A model generated the notes under the pieces. The model made no database searches. It had not been told where the DNA came from and worked only from the letters and a program-made list of their open reading frames with translations. Shown here one piece after another: positions 18,862 through 28,453 of a stretch of 64,000 nucleotides of DNA. Source of the DNA: Gemmatimonadales bacterium. Its GTDB lineage: Bacteria; Gemmatimonadota; Gemmatimonadetes; Gemmatimonadales; GWC2-71-9. The translations under genes and the position numbers were made by a program. Location: the NCBI GenBank assembly GCA_041577295.1, contig JBFGJG010000017.1:14162-78161 (forward strand), read 5' to 3'. How positions within the stretch are numbered: position 1 is the first letter of the stretch; each line of letters starts with the position of its first letter.

Positions 18862-20571
18862 TCACCCGGCCGTCTCCTTGACGACCTCTTCCAAAGTCGT
18901 GACGCCTTTCTTGATCTTCATGATCCCATCCACCCTGAGCGTCAGCATCCCTTCTTCCACGGCCTGCTCGCTCAGATCCGCCGACGATGCACCCCTGAGG
19001 ATCATGCGTCTGATCTCTGGCGACAGGGGCATGATTTCGTAGAGCCCTTGGCGTCCTTTGTAGCCGGTGCCTCCACAAATATCGCACCCGCTGCCCCTAT
19101 AAAATGTGATGCCCTTGGCATCTTCCTGCGTCAGACCGAGCGCAGCGAGCTCGTCATCCGAGTATCGGTACTCGTCTTTACAATCTGCACAGATCCTGCG
19201 CACGAGCCGCTGTGCGACGATGAGGTTCACCGCGCTCGCCACGTTGAACGGCTCGATACCCATGTCGATCATTCGCGTAATTGTGGATGCCGCGTCGTTC
19301 GTGTGCAGGGTCGACAGCACCAAGTGACCTGTGAGCGCGGCCTTGATCGCGATGCTGCCCGTCTCCAGGTCTCGAATCTCACCCACCATGATGATGTTGG
19401 GATCCTGGCGGAGAAACGCTTTCAGCGCCGCGGCGAACGTCATGCCGATCTCAGACCGAACCTGCACCTGATTGATCCCGTGGAGGTTGTACTCCACCGG
19501 ATCCTCCGCCGTCATGATGTTGACCTCTTCGGTGTTGATGCGAGACAGGGCAGAGTACAACGTCGTCGTCTTGCCTGACCCGGTCGGCCCCGTAACCAGC
19601 ACCATCCCGTAGGGGTTCAGAATGGCGCGCAGCAGATCCTTCTCCGCCTTCGGCTCGAACCCAAACTTTTGGAGATCGAGGGTGAGGTTGCCTTTGTCGA
19701 GGATCCGTAACACGATCTTTTCGCCGAAGATCACAGGGAGGGTCGACACCCGGAAATCGATGACGCGTCGCCCCATCTTGAGTTTGATGCGTCCGTCCTG
19801 CGGCACTCGCCGCTCTGCAATGTTGAGCGACGACATGATCTTCACCCGACTGGTGAGCGCCGCCCGCAGCTTCACCGGCGGCTTCATGATCTCCTGCAGC
19901 GCTCCGTCCACGCGGTAACGAACCCGGAGTTCCTTTTCAAACGGCTCAATGTGAATGTCGCTGGCCCCCCGTTTGACCGCATCGGTGAGGATGCCGTTGA
20001 TGAGCTTAACCACGGGGGCGTCGTCCGCCGACTGCAGGCCGACGACCTCGTCCTCGTCCTTCTCCTCGAGGATTTCGAGGTCCTCTTCCTCTTCAATGTC
20101 TTTGAGCAGCGTTTGGAGCTGCGCATCAGTCTGTTCGTAATACCGCTCGATCGCGTTGCGCAGCGTATACTCGCCCGCAATGACGGGAAAGATGTCGTAC
20201 CGGGTGATGAACTTGAGGTCGTCCACCACGGTGACATTGGTGGGATCCGCCATGGCCACGGTCAGCGTCCGCCCTTCCCGCTTGAGCGGCAGGACCGTGT
20301 GTTTTACGGCGACGTCCGGAGGTATGAGCTTGGCGATCTTCGGGTCGACTTCAAATCGCGCGAGGTCAACGGCTGGCATCCGGTACTGGCGCGCCAGCAT
20401 CTTGGTAATCTCGGTCTCTTGGACAAGACCGAGCTTGACCAGCACGTAACCCAGACGCTGGCCCGTACTTCGTTGCTCTTGCAGTGCGTGCTCGAGCTGC
20501 TCCTTCGTGATAAGCCCATCACGAACGAGCAGCTCGCCCAAGCGTTCCGCGCTTGCCGCGGCTGTGGCCAT
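18862..20571 (-). CDS. pilB: Type IV pilus assembly ATPase
   Basis: MshEN-like RLGELL N-terminus, ASDIHIEP, GPTGSGKTTT, Zn-binding CxxC pairs. Confidence 0.97.
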   Translation of the reverse strand: MATAAASAERLGELLVRDGLITKEQLEHALQEQRSTGQRLGYVLVKLGLVQETEITKMLARQYRMPAVDLARFEVDPKIAKLIPPDVAVKHTVLPLKREGRTLTVAMADPTNVTVVDDLKFITRYDIFPVIAGEYTLRNAIERYYEQTDAQLQTLLKDIEEEEDLEILEEKDEDEVVGLQSADDAPVVKLINGILTDAVKRGASDIHIEPFEKELRVRYRVDGALQEIMKPPVKLRAALTSRVKIMSSLNIAERRVPQDGRIKLKMGRRVIDFRVSTLPVIFGEKIVLRILDKGNLTLDLQKFGFEPKAEKDLLRAILNPYGMVLVTGPTGSGKTTTLYSALSRINTEEVNIMTAEDPVEYNLHGINQVQVRSEIGMTFAAALKAFLRQDPNIIMVGEIRDLETGSIAIKAALTGHLVLSTLHTNDAASTITRMIDMGIEPFNVASAVNLIVAQRLVRRICADCKDEYRYSDDELAALGLTQEDAKGITFYRGSGCDICGGTGYKGRQGLYEIMPLSPEIRRMILRGASSADLSEQAVEEGMLTLRVDGIMKIKKGVTTLEEVVKETAG

Positions 20572-20634
20572 CGAGTTGTGTCCCCTACCCGTGGAAATCG
20601 CCCAACTTATTGAATGTCAACGTTATAAGCGCAT

Positions 20635-20662
20635 AAAGTACTGGAGCCCGTTGGGGTGTCAA
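20635..20662 (-). promoter_or_regulatory. Candidate sigma70 promoter for pilB
   Basis: TTGACA-N16-TACTTT on minus strand; second TTGACA at 20615-20620. Confidence 0.45.
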
Positions 20663-21276
20663 GGTAAGATCACACGCCCGCGAAGCCGCGCGATCGTACC
20701 TGGACCGATCCCTCGAACCCTGGTGAGATCTTCCAACCGTTGGTAGGGCCCCCGGCGCCGTCGGTCCTCTAGGATGGATTGGGCGCGCGTTGGACCGATC
20801 CCGGGAAGCTGGGCCAGCTCATCAGCGCTCGCTGTGTTCAAACGCACAACCCTCGCGCCACCCAGTTGCGGTACGACGGATGCCTTACCCGTGAAAGATG
20901 CGTGGGGCTGCAACGCAGCGACCGTCGTCGGGCCGACGCCCGGCACGCTGTCCAGTGCCGACAGGGAGCCGAATGGTCCGTAGCGGTCCCGGTACGCCAC
21001 GATCCGAGCGGCAAGCGCGGGTCCGATGCGCGGTAGCCGTACGAGCTCGTCCGCCGGCGCTCGATCGAGATCGACCGTTTCCCCCGGCGCCAGCGGGCGG
21101 GCGAAACGTTCCGCCCGCGACGCCACCGAGTCGCGACCCGGCCGCTCCTGCCACGATTGCTCGTATGCCACCTCCCCCGCCGGTACGTCCCCGCCACCGA
21201 CGAAACGGACAACCAGCCCAACCGCAGCCAGGACCAGCAGACCCACCGCTGCGCGGCGTTCTTCAGATGCGCGCAC
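20659..21276 (-). CDS. comEA: ComEA-like DNA-binding protein with two HhH domains
   Basis: N-terminal TM; LPRIGP.LA.RIV.YR...GPF and LNTA...L..LPGIGP..A..I. Confidence 0.85.
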   Translation of the reverse strand: MRASEERRAAVGLLVLAAVGLVVRFVGGGDVPAGEVAYEQSWQERPGRDSVASRAERFARPLAPGETVDLDRAPADELVRLPRIGPALAARIVAYRDRYGPFGSLSALDSVPGVGPTTVAALQPHASFTGKASVVPQLGGARVVRLNTASADELAQLPGIGPTRAQSILEDRRRRGPYQRLEDLTRVRGIGPGTIARLRGRVILP

Positions 21277-21372
21277 GTCCGACGATGTCGTGAGAACTTG
21301 GGCGAGCGAGAGGACGATTAACGCACCCGGGGTCCGTCTTACGCGGACCGTGGTTGGACAGGATCCACAAAC

Positions 21373-22260
21373 CTACCGCAGGAGCGCGATGGCAACGTCG
21401 CCAACCGCCTGTAGGCTCTCTGCACTGACCTTGTCCAGCGTATCCTCGGTGGTGTGCCAGTACTTGTAGTCGAGGTCGATCACGTCGATGGCACGGATGC
21501 CCACCTCGAGCAACGGGATGTGATCGTCGGTCACCGTGTACACTTCTTCATCACGGAACACGTTGCCCCGTCCGATCTCTCGCGCCGTACGCCATACCCG
21601 ATCCACCACCTCCGGGGCTCCGCTCACCGAGTTTCCCTCTTTGAAGATCTCGAGGTCACGGTCACCAATCATGTCCCAGACGACGGCGAAGAGCGGTTTC
21701 CGAGCATCGCCAACTTGCGACGCATAGTAGCGGGATCCGAGGAGCACGTCCCGTCCAACACCGAAGTCACCGTAGTCCTCACCGTCGAACAACACGATGT
21801 CGACGCCCAGGGTGGACGGCCGCCGTTGTAATACATCGGCAACGCCTAGCAGGAGCGCCACGCCGGAGGCCCCGTCATTCGCTCCTGGTACGGGCCGCTG
21901 CTGCTCTCCGAGGTTCGCGCTGCGGTCCGCCTTTGGCCGGGTATCCCAGTGGGCGGCGTAGAGTACACGGTCGGTGAGATCGGGTCGAAACCGCGCGATG
22001 ATATTCCGAAGTTCCAGGGTGTCACCATCGACGGTGACGTGCAGGAAGGTCTGTTCCTCCACGGTGTCGGCTCGGGCGCGGAACTCGGCGACAAGCCAAT
22101 CCCCAGTGGCGCGGTGCGCTTCCGTTCCCGGAACCCGTGGTCCAAACGCCAGCTGGCGCTCGACGTAACCGAGGGTGACGACGCCGTCGAACTCCCGTGC
22201 AGTCGTCCCGGCACCACATCCGACGGCGATCAACACCAACGTTACGAACGCTCTGGTCAT
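21373..22260 (-). CDS. M28-family zinc lipoprotein, glutaminyl-cyclase-like
   Basis: Lipobox AVGC; AHWDTRP, GANDGASG, DGEDYG, DMIG, DDHIP, WHTTEDT. Confidence 0.8.
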   Translation of the reverse strand: MTRAFVTLVLIAVGCGAGTTAREFDGVVTLGYVERQLAFGPRVPGTEAHRATGDWLVAEFRARADTVEEQTFLHVTVDGDTLELRNIIARFRPDLTDRVLYAAHWDTRPKADRSANLGEQQRPVPGANDGASGVALLLGVADVLQRRPSTLGVDIVLFDGEDYGDFGVGRDVLLGSRYYASQVGDARKPLFAVVWDMIGDRDLEIFKEGNSVSGAPEVVDRVWRTAREIGRGNVFRDEEVYTVTDDHIPLLEVGIRAIDVIDLDYKYWHTTEDTLDKVSAESLQAVGDVAIALLR

Positions 22261-25200
22261 CGAAGCTGGCCCGCGAATAGGTTGATATCAGCGAAAATCG
22301 TGAACACCACTTGAGACAGTTTGCTGGATAAATGTCGCTGGTCCGTCAGCACATAACTGAACGTAGCCCCCCCTCGCAACGTGGGGGTGAATCCCGTATC
22401 GACCCGCACGTCGAACTGCTGGCGTCGACTGTCGGAGACGGTATTACACTCGGTCGCGTCCGCGCGTTGTAGGCACACGGCGAGGCGCGACGCATTGAAC
22501 GACACGGTAGTCTGGATGGGGGCCCGGAGCTCCACGATGCGGCGCGGAACGCGAAACGCGAAGCTCGCGCTTCCTCCCCAGGTCACCCGGTCGCTCTCGG
22601 TCACGTTACCCGAGGTCACCGACTCGCCATTCGTCACCGAGTATTGCGCGGCCGTGCTGATTCCACCCACCCAGCTCACCGTCACCGAAGGCGCCCAGAA
22701 GCGCGAGTTGCTTTCCGTTACCACATCGGGAGCCGCATCGCTTACCCCGAAGCGCGGTTGACGTGATGACGCGCGTACCAGCCGATATTGGCCCTGTGCC
22801 GAGATACCGTTGATCACCGCGCGCAGTGCCCACCGTGGAGTATATACCCACGATACGGCGAGCGAAGGCCACTCCCGGCTCCGCTGGACCACCTGTGTCT
22901 GCGCCTCGCGTCGCCGAGACCAGATGGTATTCCGTGTATTGCGAAACGTGACCCGGGCCTGCGCTCCAAGAGGAAGTCGAGTCCCGCCGGTGGCGGCCAC
23001 AGAGCGCAGTTCGGCTGTCCCGGTCGCGGGGACGCCCGCCCGTTCGCGAAAGTCGTCGAGCCCCCCCAACCCGAGGTGAAAGCCAACGTTGGGGTCGAAT
23101 GGGGCGCGATCGAAGCTCGCCCGGTGTTCCAGCGTCTGGGCCAGATCGGCAGGCAAGAGCCCCCGCATGAGGCGGCTGACGACACTGGACTCACCCGTCA
23201 CGCTCCGGGCGAGCTGGGCGAGATCGACGTTGGCTCCCCATTCGCGCCGACGCGAGTTCGCGAGCGTCGTCGGTACGAGGAACGTCCCGTTCGTATCGGC
23301 GTTGGCGCGTACGGCCTGCCGGCTGTTGGGATCGCGGATCAGCGAGAATGTGCTGGACCAAGCAAACCGCGGCCTGAGCCAGCGACTCACCACCGGTGCA
23401 ACGCTGAAAAACGTCGCGAGGTACCGCGACCGTTCGAAACCGACGTTCGTGCCGAGCAGCTGTCGGCGCTCGAAATCCAGGAGCCTCCCAACCGTTGTGG
23501 AGTCGCCGTAATCCTGGAGATCGCGCTCACTCAGATAGCTGACGCGGAGTGAGAGCGTTGAAAAAGGTCGGAACTGGATACTCGCTTCATTACGCCACAG
23601 GTGCACGACGCTGCGGAGTGGACGGAGTGCGGAGTCCTGCGGCAACTCGACGGGCACTCGGAAGGCAAATCGATCGGAGACGTTATCGGTGAGGGTCGAT
23701 GTGAACCGGAGCTGGAAGGGATTCAATCGGAGCCGTGATGTGCGAAGCGCCTTTCCAAACTCGCTGTTACGCACGAACCCTGGCAGCCGGTCCACGACCC
23801 ACAAGAGAAACCCGGGTGCCCCCGCGATCGTGCGCGCGCCGGGCAGGTTGTTGTATTCCAAGTGAACCTGCTGGCTGGTGGTGTTCGCGCGACTCAACGA
23901 CGTTACGTCGCGCGCGGAAACGCGACGCATTCGAATGGCCAGGGGGTCGAGCACGGCCCGTGGCACGACTCCCTCGCCTCGTCGTACCCGACGCAGTGAG
24001 AAATCGATCGACGTAAACGAGCTTCCCGGCGGACGCAAGCCGGGCAACACATCCGCGAGCAAATCGCTCCGGCTGATGAAGAGGGGGTCGTTGCTGGTCG
24101 TCTGGTATTGGATCTGGAGTGGTGCGCTCAACCCCCAGCTGGCTGGGAGGAGCTTCTCGACTCGAAACAGCGAACCGAGGCGTGTGGCGACCTCGGAGAT
24201 ATAGGTGGGGTCTTGGCCGAGCTCGCGAAAACGATCATCGCGATGCGTGAACCCAAAGGTGAACTCCGCAACGTCCGCGGCGGCGAGCCGTGCATCGATG
24301 GCAGCGGCGACGCCAACATCATCCACGACGTCACTCAAACGGATGTCGTCTACCCACAGCTCCACCGGGTCTGAAGCCGTGGTCTGGGCGACGCGCAGCA
24401 TCCCGACCGCTACCTCAGAGACTCGGGCCAAATTGGGCGGTGCCACACCCGGGTCACGTACGTGCACGACATACGGCCCGTCACATGCCACGAACGCGTT
24501 CGGATCGCCACCGCATGGTTCCGCTCCCGATGGGGGATCGCCACGAAGCCACGCCGCCTCGGTCTGTGCCCTGAGGTCGAGCCACCGCTTGAGATCGACT
24601 ACCACCTCCGGTTCCCAGTCGACGCTGCTGACCGGAATCCGATAGAGGTAGAAGTTGTCCTCGTCCCGGCCCACCTTGATGAAAAACTCGAAGTCGCGCT
24701 CGTCCCACCCCGGGCCCCGACCCCGCGCCCACACGCGAAGCTTGGCATACTCGAGAAGGTTGCGGTCCGCCTCGTCTGCAAATCGGCGGAGCGCCTCCGC
24801 ACGCTCGCCCACGCGGAGATCCTGGGCGAGCAGACGAAGCGAGCGCTCGTTGATCTGTCGCGGGCCGAACTCGAACTCGGCACCAATGCGTTCTGCCTGG
24901 GTGAGAACACCTGGCGGTGACGTGTATCCGAGATCGGCGTTCTCAGTACTCACGGTCGATACAATGACCTCGCCGTGCGGTTCGCCACGGCTGCCACTCA
25001 GCCCGGCGATGGGCGTCGCCGCTCGCTTGATCCACGGTGAGCCCACGAGCCGCATCCGACCGAGAGCCACGAAGTACTCTTCCTCCATGGGGCCTTCGTC
25101 GGGGGAAACCAGCGTGAGGCGCAGCGCTTGAATCTGCCGGATGTTGGGGTTTCCCACCTGTACCGTGTCTTCGCGGAACGGGATTCGGTACAGCCGCCAC

Positions 25201-28200
25201 GTCAGCGTGCGGCCCTGATCGTCGACGTGACTCACGCCTCGCCGCACGAAGTACCGCTCGTCACCGATGGGAAATACGTAGCGGAGCACATCCTCCGCGA
25301 CGGTTCCAACCGTGACGTCGAGGCGGTTGTCACCGTCGAGATCCTCAGTATCCAACCGGCGGTTGCGACGGGTGCATGGCGCGCGGAGATCACCTCGCGG
25401 AAAGATGGGAAGCCCCACAGAGCCGCCCAAATCGCATAACGGGAGCGATCGCACCACGCCCCCGGTGGTCTCGTTGTTGATCAATCCGACCAAATCGCCG
25501 CGAATACCGACGTCATCGACAACGGCGTTGAACACATTCGTCAGAGAGTCCTTCTCGGTGTCGAGCCGGTCAACCCCGACGAACTGGAGGCCGGAAAACA
25601 GCGTATCGCCCTCCACGACACGGAACGAGGCTGGCGCTGCATCGACTGCATCCTCGAACACGGTCCCCATATCGATCACCAGGACGGCGCTGCGCGCACG
25701 CGCGGTTCGCGCGCCATCCTCGAGCACCCAAAACTCTAAAAACTCGGTCCGCGATAGATCGAGCCCGACACCCGAGCCACCTCCGAGCGGCCTCGTAATG
25801 CTGCGCCATCGCGGTCCGGGGGTGTGCGGCAGGAACCATCGTGGCCGACCCGTACGAGGATCGGGCGCGCCGCCAACGGTGTCGGGCTTTACGGAGAGCC
25901 ACAACACCGGTTCGATCGAGAAACCCGCCCCCGAGAGGACAATGGTCGTATCGATGTCCTGAGGGCCGAACTCCAAGATGCCCGTGGCGGTTTGCACGCC
26001 GTTTTGCCAGACCATCCGCGTGGCGTCCTCGGGCTGGAACATCCCACCCATTCCCAGGTGGCTCGCGGGAACGCCCAGCCCCGACCCCGGAGCGCTTCCT
26101 AGCTGAAACTCCCGCTCGAGGAGCACGATCGGAAACGAGGCCTCGCGCTCGAACTCCTCGATGAAGGCGAGTCCAGCCTGGTTGGGATTCGGCTGCGAAA
26201 AGGCAAGCTCCGCATTGATTTCGAGCCGCGAAGGAACGTCACTGCTCACGAACGGCAGCGCATTGACCAGCCGGGTCACGGCCTCGGGCTGAAACGTGAG
26301 CTCGGCGTTCACGCCGCCCACCAGTTGCGATTGCGGTTCGAACCCCACCTGCGGCCTAGTGAATACGGATCGTTCGCGCTGCAGGATGCCTACCGCATGG
26401 ATTTGGCCGATCGCGCCGAGGTCGTACGTCGCCGCGACCCCGAGGATGCTCTTTGGGGCGACGTCGAAGAACTGATTCTCCTCGAAATGCGCTTCGATCT
26501 GGGTTGGACCAAAGAAGAGGGAGTCCGGATTGAGAAAGCGCACCAGGCCAAGCTGGTAATCGATAGCGTAATCCAGACCCCGAACCAGCTGCCGGCTCCC
26601 GAGGAAGAGCCGCTCACTCCCCTCCCGCACTTGCAGCGCTCCGAGACTGACGGACGAACGGTCACCGGCACCGGCCGCTTCGTAGTAAACCTGGAGCGCG
26701 AACCGTGGCGGAGGTCCTTGGGAGAGCAGGAGGTAGGTCGGCGTGCGATACAATGAGTCGTTCCGCTCACCCGGCAATAAGCGGGTACTGTCGGCAAACG
26801 GCTGAAGGTGTGGGAACACCACGAAGAGGTCTCGCACGGGGCGACCGCCTTCCGGATCGCGCAGCCGGGGGAACACCCGATTGAACTCGTCGATCGTGAA
26901 AGGGTCGGTCAGCGTGGCGAGCCCGAGCAACGAGAGGTACGTGCCCGAACCGCTGAGCGGCTGCTCCGAATCATTGACCCGTAACGACAGACCGATGGTG
27001 CTGCGAACAACCTCCCCGCCCCCAAGTCGGTACACGTTACGCAGCTCGTACGGAAACGTCGGGACTTCGGGTCCCCGGCGTGGTTCGTGAATCAGTTCAA
27101 GCGTGTCCCCCCTGCCGTTGACGGCGGGGAACGTGCCAACCGTGTCTCCCACCGCCGTGATGTAGGACACCGCCAAAAAGTCCTCCTGATCCAACCGTGA
27201 GGCCATCGCGAACCAGACACCTGACGGATCGAGGTAGTAGTCCTGGCCTTCAACGAGTAGCTCCCACGGGAAGGGCCCTACCCGTTGCGGACTGTCTGGT
27301 CTCACCGCGACCGCGTCGATGCCACCGAGGTTGCGATTGACTTCGGCCCGGCTGTCCTGGGCGCGTAGTCGATAGATCCGGACCTGTTCCACCTGCAGGT
27401 CGAGCGGCAGCTGCAAACGATCGATGTTGAGGATGTCGATGGCTGGAAAGCCCGGGAGGCTTGCGGGGTTGACGACGAAAAAGAACCGCCCGGACACAAA
27501 ATCGAGATCGCGTGCCTCGAGATCGATCGGCTGACTGGTCGTCTCACCGATCGTAAAGATCCGCGACCGTAGGGAGGAACCTTTCTGCTGTGCAAAAATA
27601 GAACGGAGCTCGAGCGGTCCTACTTGCGCCTCGGCTTGGATGCCAAAGGAGTTCGCTGGTATCGACCCCGTGATGAACCGCGACGGCGGCGGGCGGAAAG
27701 TGACATCCCCGACCTCGATGCGGCGGAGGACTTCGTCATCGAGCCCTTCGTACCAGACGTTGATATTGTTATTGGCGTTGAACTCCCGCTCGCTGTCGAA
27801 ATCCACGTCGACGTGGATGCGATCGCTCACCACGCCGCCTGAACGTACGCGGAACTGTTGATCGAACGAGGGCGTGGGGAAGCCCGCCTGGCAGCCGGTG
27901 GCAGGGTTGTTGATGTCCACGCTGCTGCAACGATCTGCTCGCAGCTGGTCGAGGTTCATTTCGAGATGTGCGCTGAGGTCGAGCCCCAGATCCGCCAGCT
28001 GCGCGAGTCCCTCGAGGCCTTCCGCCGGGGGCGGCGGCTCCTCCGCAATGACCGCGACGGTGTCGGGCACCTCAACCTCGATCGGTGCCAGGGCTGCGAG
28101 CAGCCGGGCCCGGGTCCGTTCGTGTCGGGCGCGCTCCATGCTGGTCCGCACCTCGTCGGCCCATCGGCGGGCAACGAGCGCGGCCGGGGTCCACAACCCG

Positions 28201-28406
28201 AGGCGGCCACCCGGGTCCGCCGCCGGAAAGCGAACCGCCACGACGGTGTCCGCGGCGAGACGTATACTTATCCTGGGTGCCGTGGCGTCTTGCTGGGCTC
28301 GCAGCGCGGCAGCAGGCAACGTGGCCACGAGCGCGATCAGCAGCGGTAGACGCGACACCAGAGATGGGGGTGCGGGGTACGCGTCATAGGCGGCGAGCGC
28401 AGGCAA
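22257..28406 (-). CDS. sprA: SprA/Sov-like very large outer-membrane protein (start may be GTG 28358)
   Basis: About 2040 aa. YEG..DE.L..IE.G.V, Q.GPL...IF.QQKG, ELRNVY.LG, DY.IDY.LG, DTEDLDGD, W.LYRIP, WVDDIRL, beta-strand-rich C-terminus. Confidence 0.75.
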   Translation of the reverse strand: MPALAAYDAYPAPPSLVSRLPLLIALVATLPAAALRAQQDATAPRISIRLAADTVVAVRFPAADPGGRLGLWTPAALVARRWADEVRTSMERARHERTRARLLAALAPIEVEVPDTVAVIAEEPPPPAEGLEGLAQLADLGLDLSAHLEMNLDQLRADRCSSVDINNPATGCQAGFPTPSFDQQFRVRSGGVVSDRIHVDVDFDSEREFNANNNINVWYEGLDDEVLRRIEVGDVTFRPPPSRFITGSIPANSFGIQAEAQVGPLELRSIFAQQKGSSLRSRIFTIGETTSQPIDLEARDLDFVSGRFFFVVNPASLPGFPAIDILNIDRLQLPLDLQVEQVRIYRLRAQDSRAEVNRNLGGIDAVAVRPDSPQRVGPFPWELLVEGQDYYLDPSGVWFAMASRLDQEDFLAVSYITAVGDTVGTFPAVNGRGDTLELIHEPRRGPEVPTFPYELRNVYRLGGGEVVRSTIGLSLRVNDSEQPLSGSGTYLSLLGLATLTDPFTIDEFNRVFPRLRDPEGGRPVRDLFVVFPHLQPFADSTRLLPGERNDSLYRTPTYLLLSQGPPPRFALQVYYEAAGAGDRSSVSLGALQVREGSERLFLGSRQLVRGLDYAIDYQLGLVRFLNPDSLFFGPTQIEAHFEENQFFDVAPKSILGVAATYDLGAIGQIHAVGILQRERSVFTRPQVGFEPQSQLVGGVNAELTFQPEAVTRLVNALPFVSSDVPSRLEINAELAFSQPNPNQAGLAFIEEFEREASFPIVLLEREFQLGSAPGSGLGVPASHLGMGGMFQPEDATRMVWQNGVQTATGILEFGPQDIDTTIVLSGAGFSIEPVLWLSVKPDTVGGAPDPRTGRPRWFLPHTPGPRWRSITRPLGGGSGVGLDLSRTEFLEFWVLEDGARTARARSAVLVIDMGTVFEDAVDAAPASFRVVEGDTLFSGLQFVGVDRLDTEKDSLTNVFNAVVDDVGIRGDLVGLINNETTGGVVRSLPLCDLGGSVGLPIFPRGDLRAPCTRRNRRLDTEDLDGDNRLDVTVGTVAEDVLRYVFPIGDERYFVRRGVSHVDDQGRTLTWRLYRIPFREDTVQVGNPNIRQIQALRLTLVSPDEGPMEEEYFVALGRMRLVGSPWIKRAATPIAGLSGSRGEPHGEVIVSTVSTENADLGYTSPPGVLTQAERIGAEFEFGPRQINERSLRLLAQDLRVGERAEALRRFADEADRNLLEYAKLRVWARGRGPGWDERDFEFFIKVGRDEDNFYLYRIPVSSVDWEPEVVVDLKRWLDLRAQTEAAWLRGDPPSGAEPCGGDPNAFVACDGPYVVHVRDPGVAPPNLARVSEVAVGMLRVAQTTASDPVELWVDDIRLSDVVDDVGVAAAIDARLAAADVAEFTFGFTHRDDRFRELGQDPTYISEVATRLGSLFRVEKLLPASWGLSAPLQIQYQTTSNDPLFISRSDLLADVLPGLRPPGSSFTSIDFSLRRVRRGEGVVPRAVLDPLAIRMRRVSARDVTSLSRANTTSQQVHLEYNNLPGARTIAGAPGFLLWVVDRLPGFVRNSEFGKALRTSRLRLNPFQLRFTSTLTDNVSDRFAFRVPVELPQDSALRPLRSVVHLWRNEASIQFRPFSTLSLRVSYLSERDLQDYGDSTTVGRLLDFERRQLLGTNVGFERSRYLATFFSVAPVVSRWLRPRFAWSSTFSLIRDPNSRQAVRANADTNGTFLVPTTLANSRRREWGANVDLAQLARSVTGESSVVSRLMRGLLPADLAQTLEHRASFDRAPFDPNVGFHLGLGGLDDFRERAGVPATGTAELRSVAATGGTRLPLGAQARVTFRNTRNTIWSRRREAQTQVVQRSREWPSLAVSWVYTPRWALRAVINGISAQGQYRLVRASSRQPRFGVSDAAPDVVTESNSRFWAPSVTVSWVGGISTAAQYSVTNGESVTSGNVTESDRVTWGGSASFAFRVPRRIVELRAPIQTTVSFNASRLAVCLQRADATECNTVSDSRRQQFDVRVDTGFTPTLRGGATFSYVLTDQRHLSSKLSQVVFTIFADINLFAGQLR

Positions 28407-28453
28407 TGTAATGGACGATGCAACTCCTTACAACCGGTTAAGTTACGCGTAGT

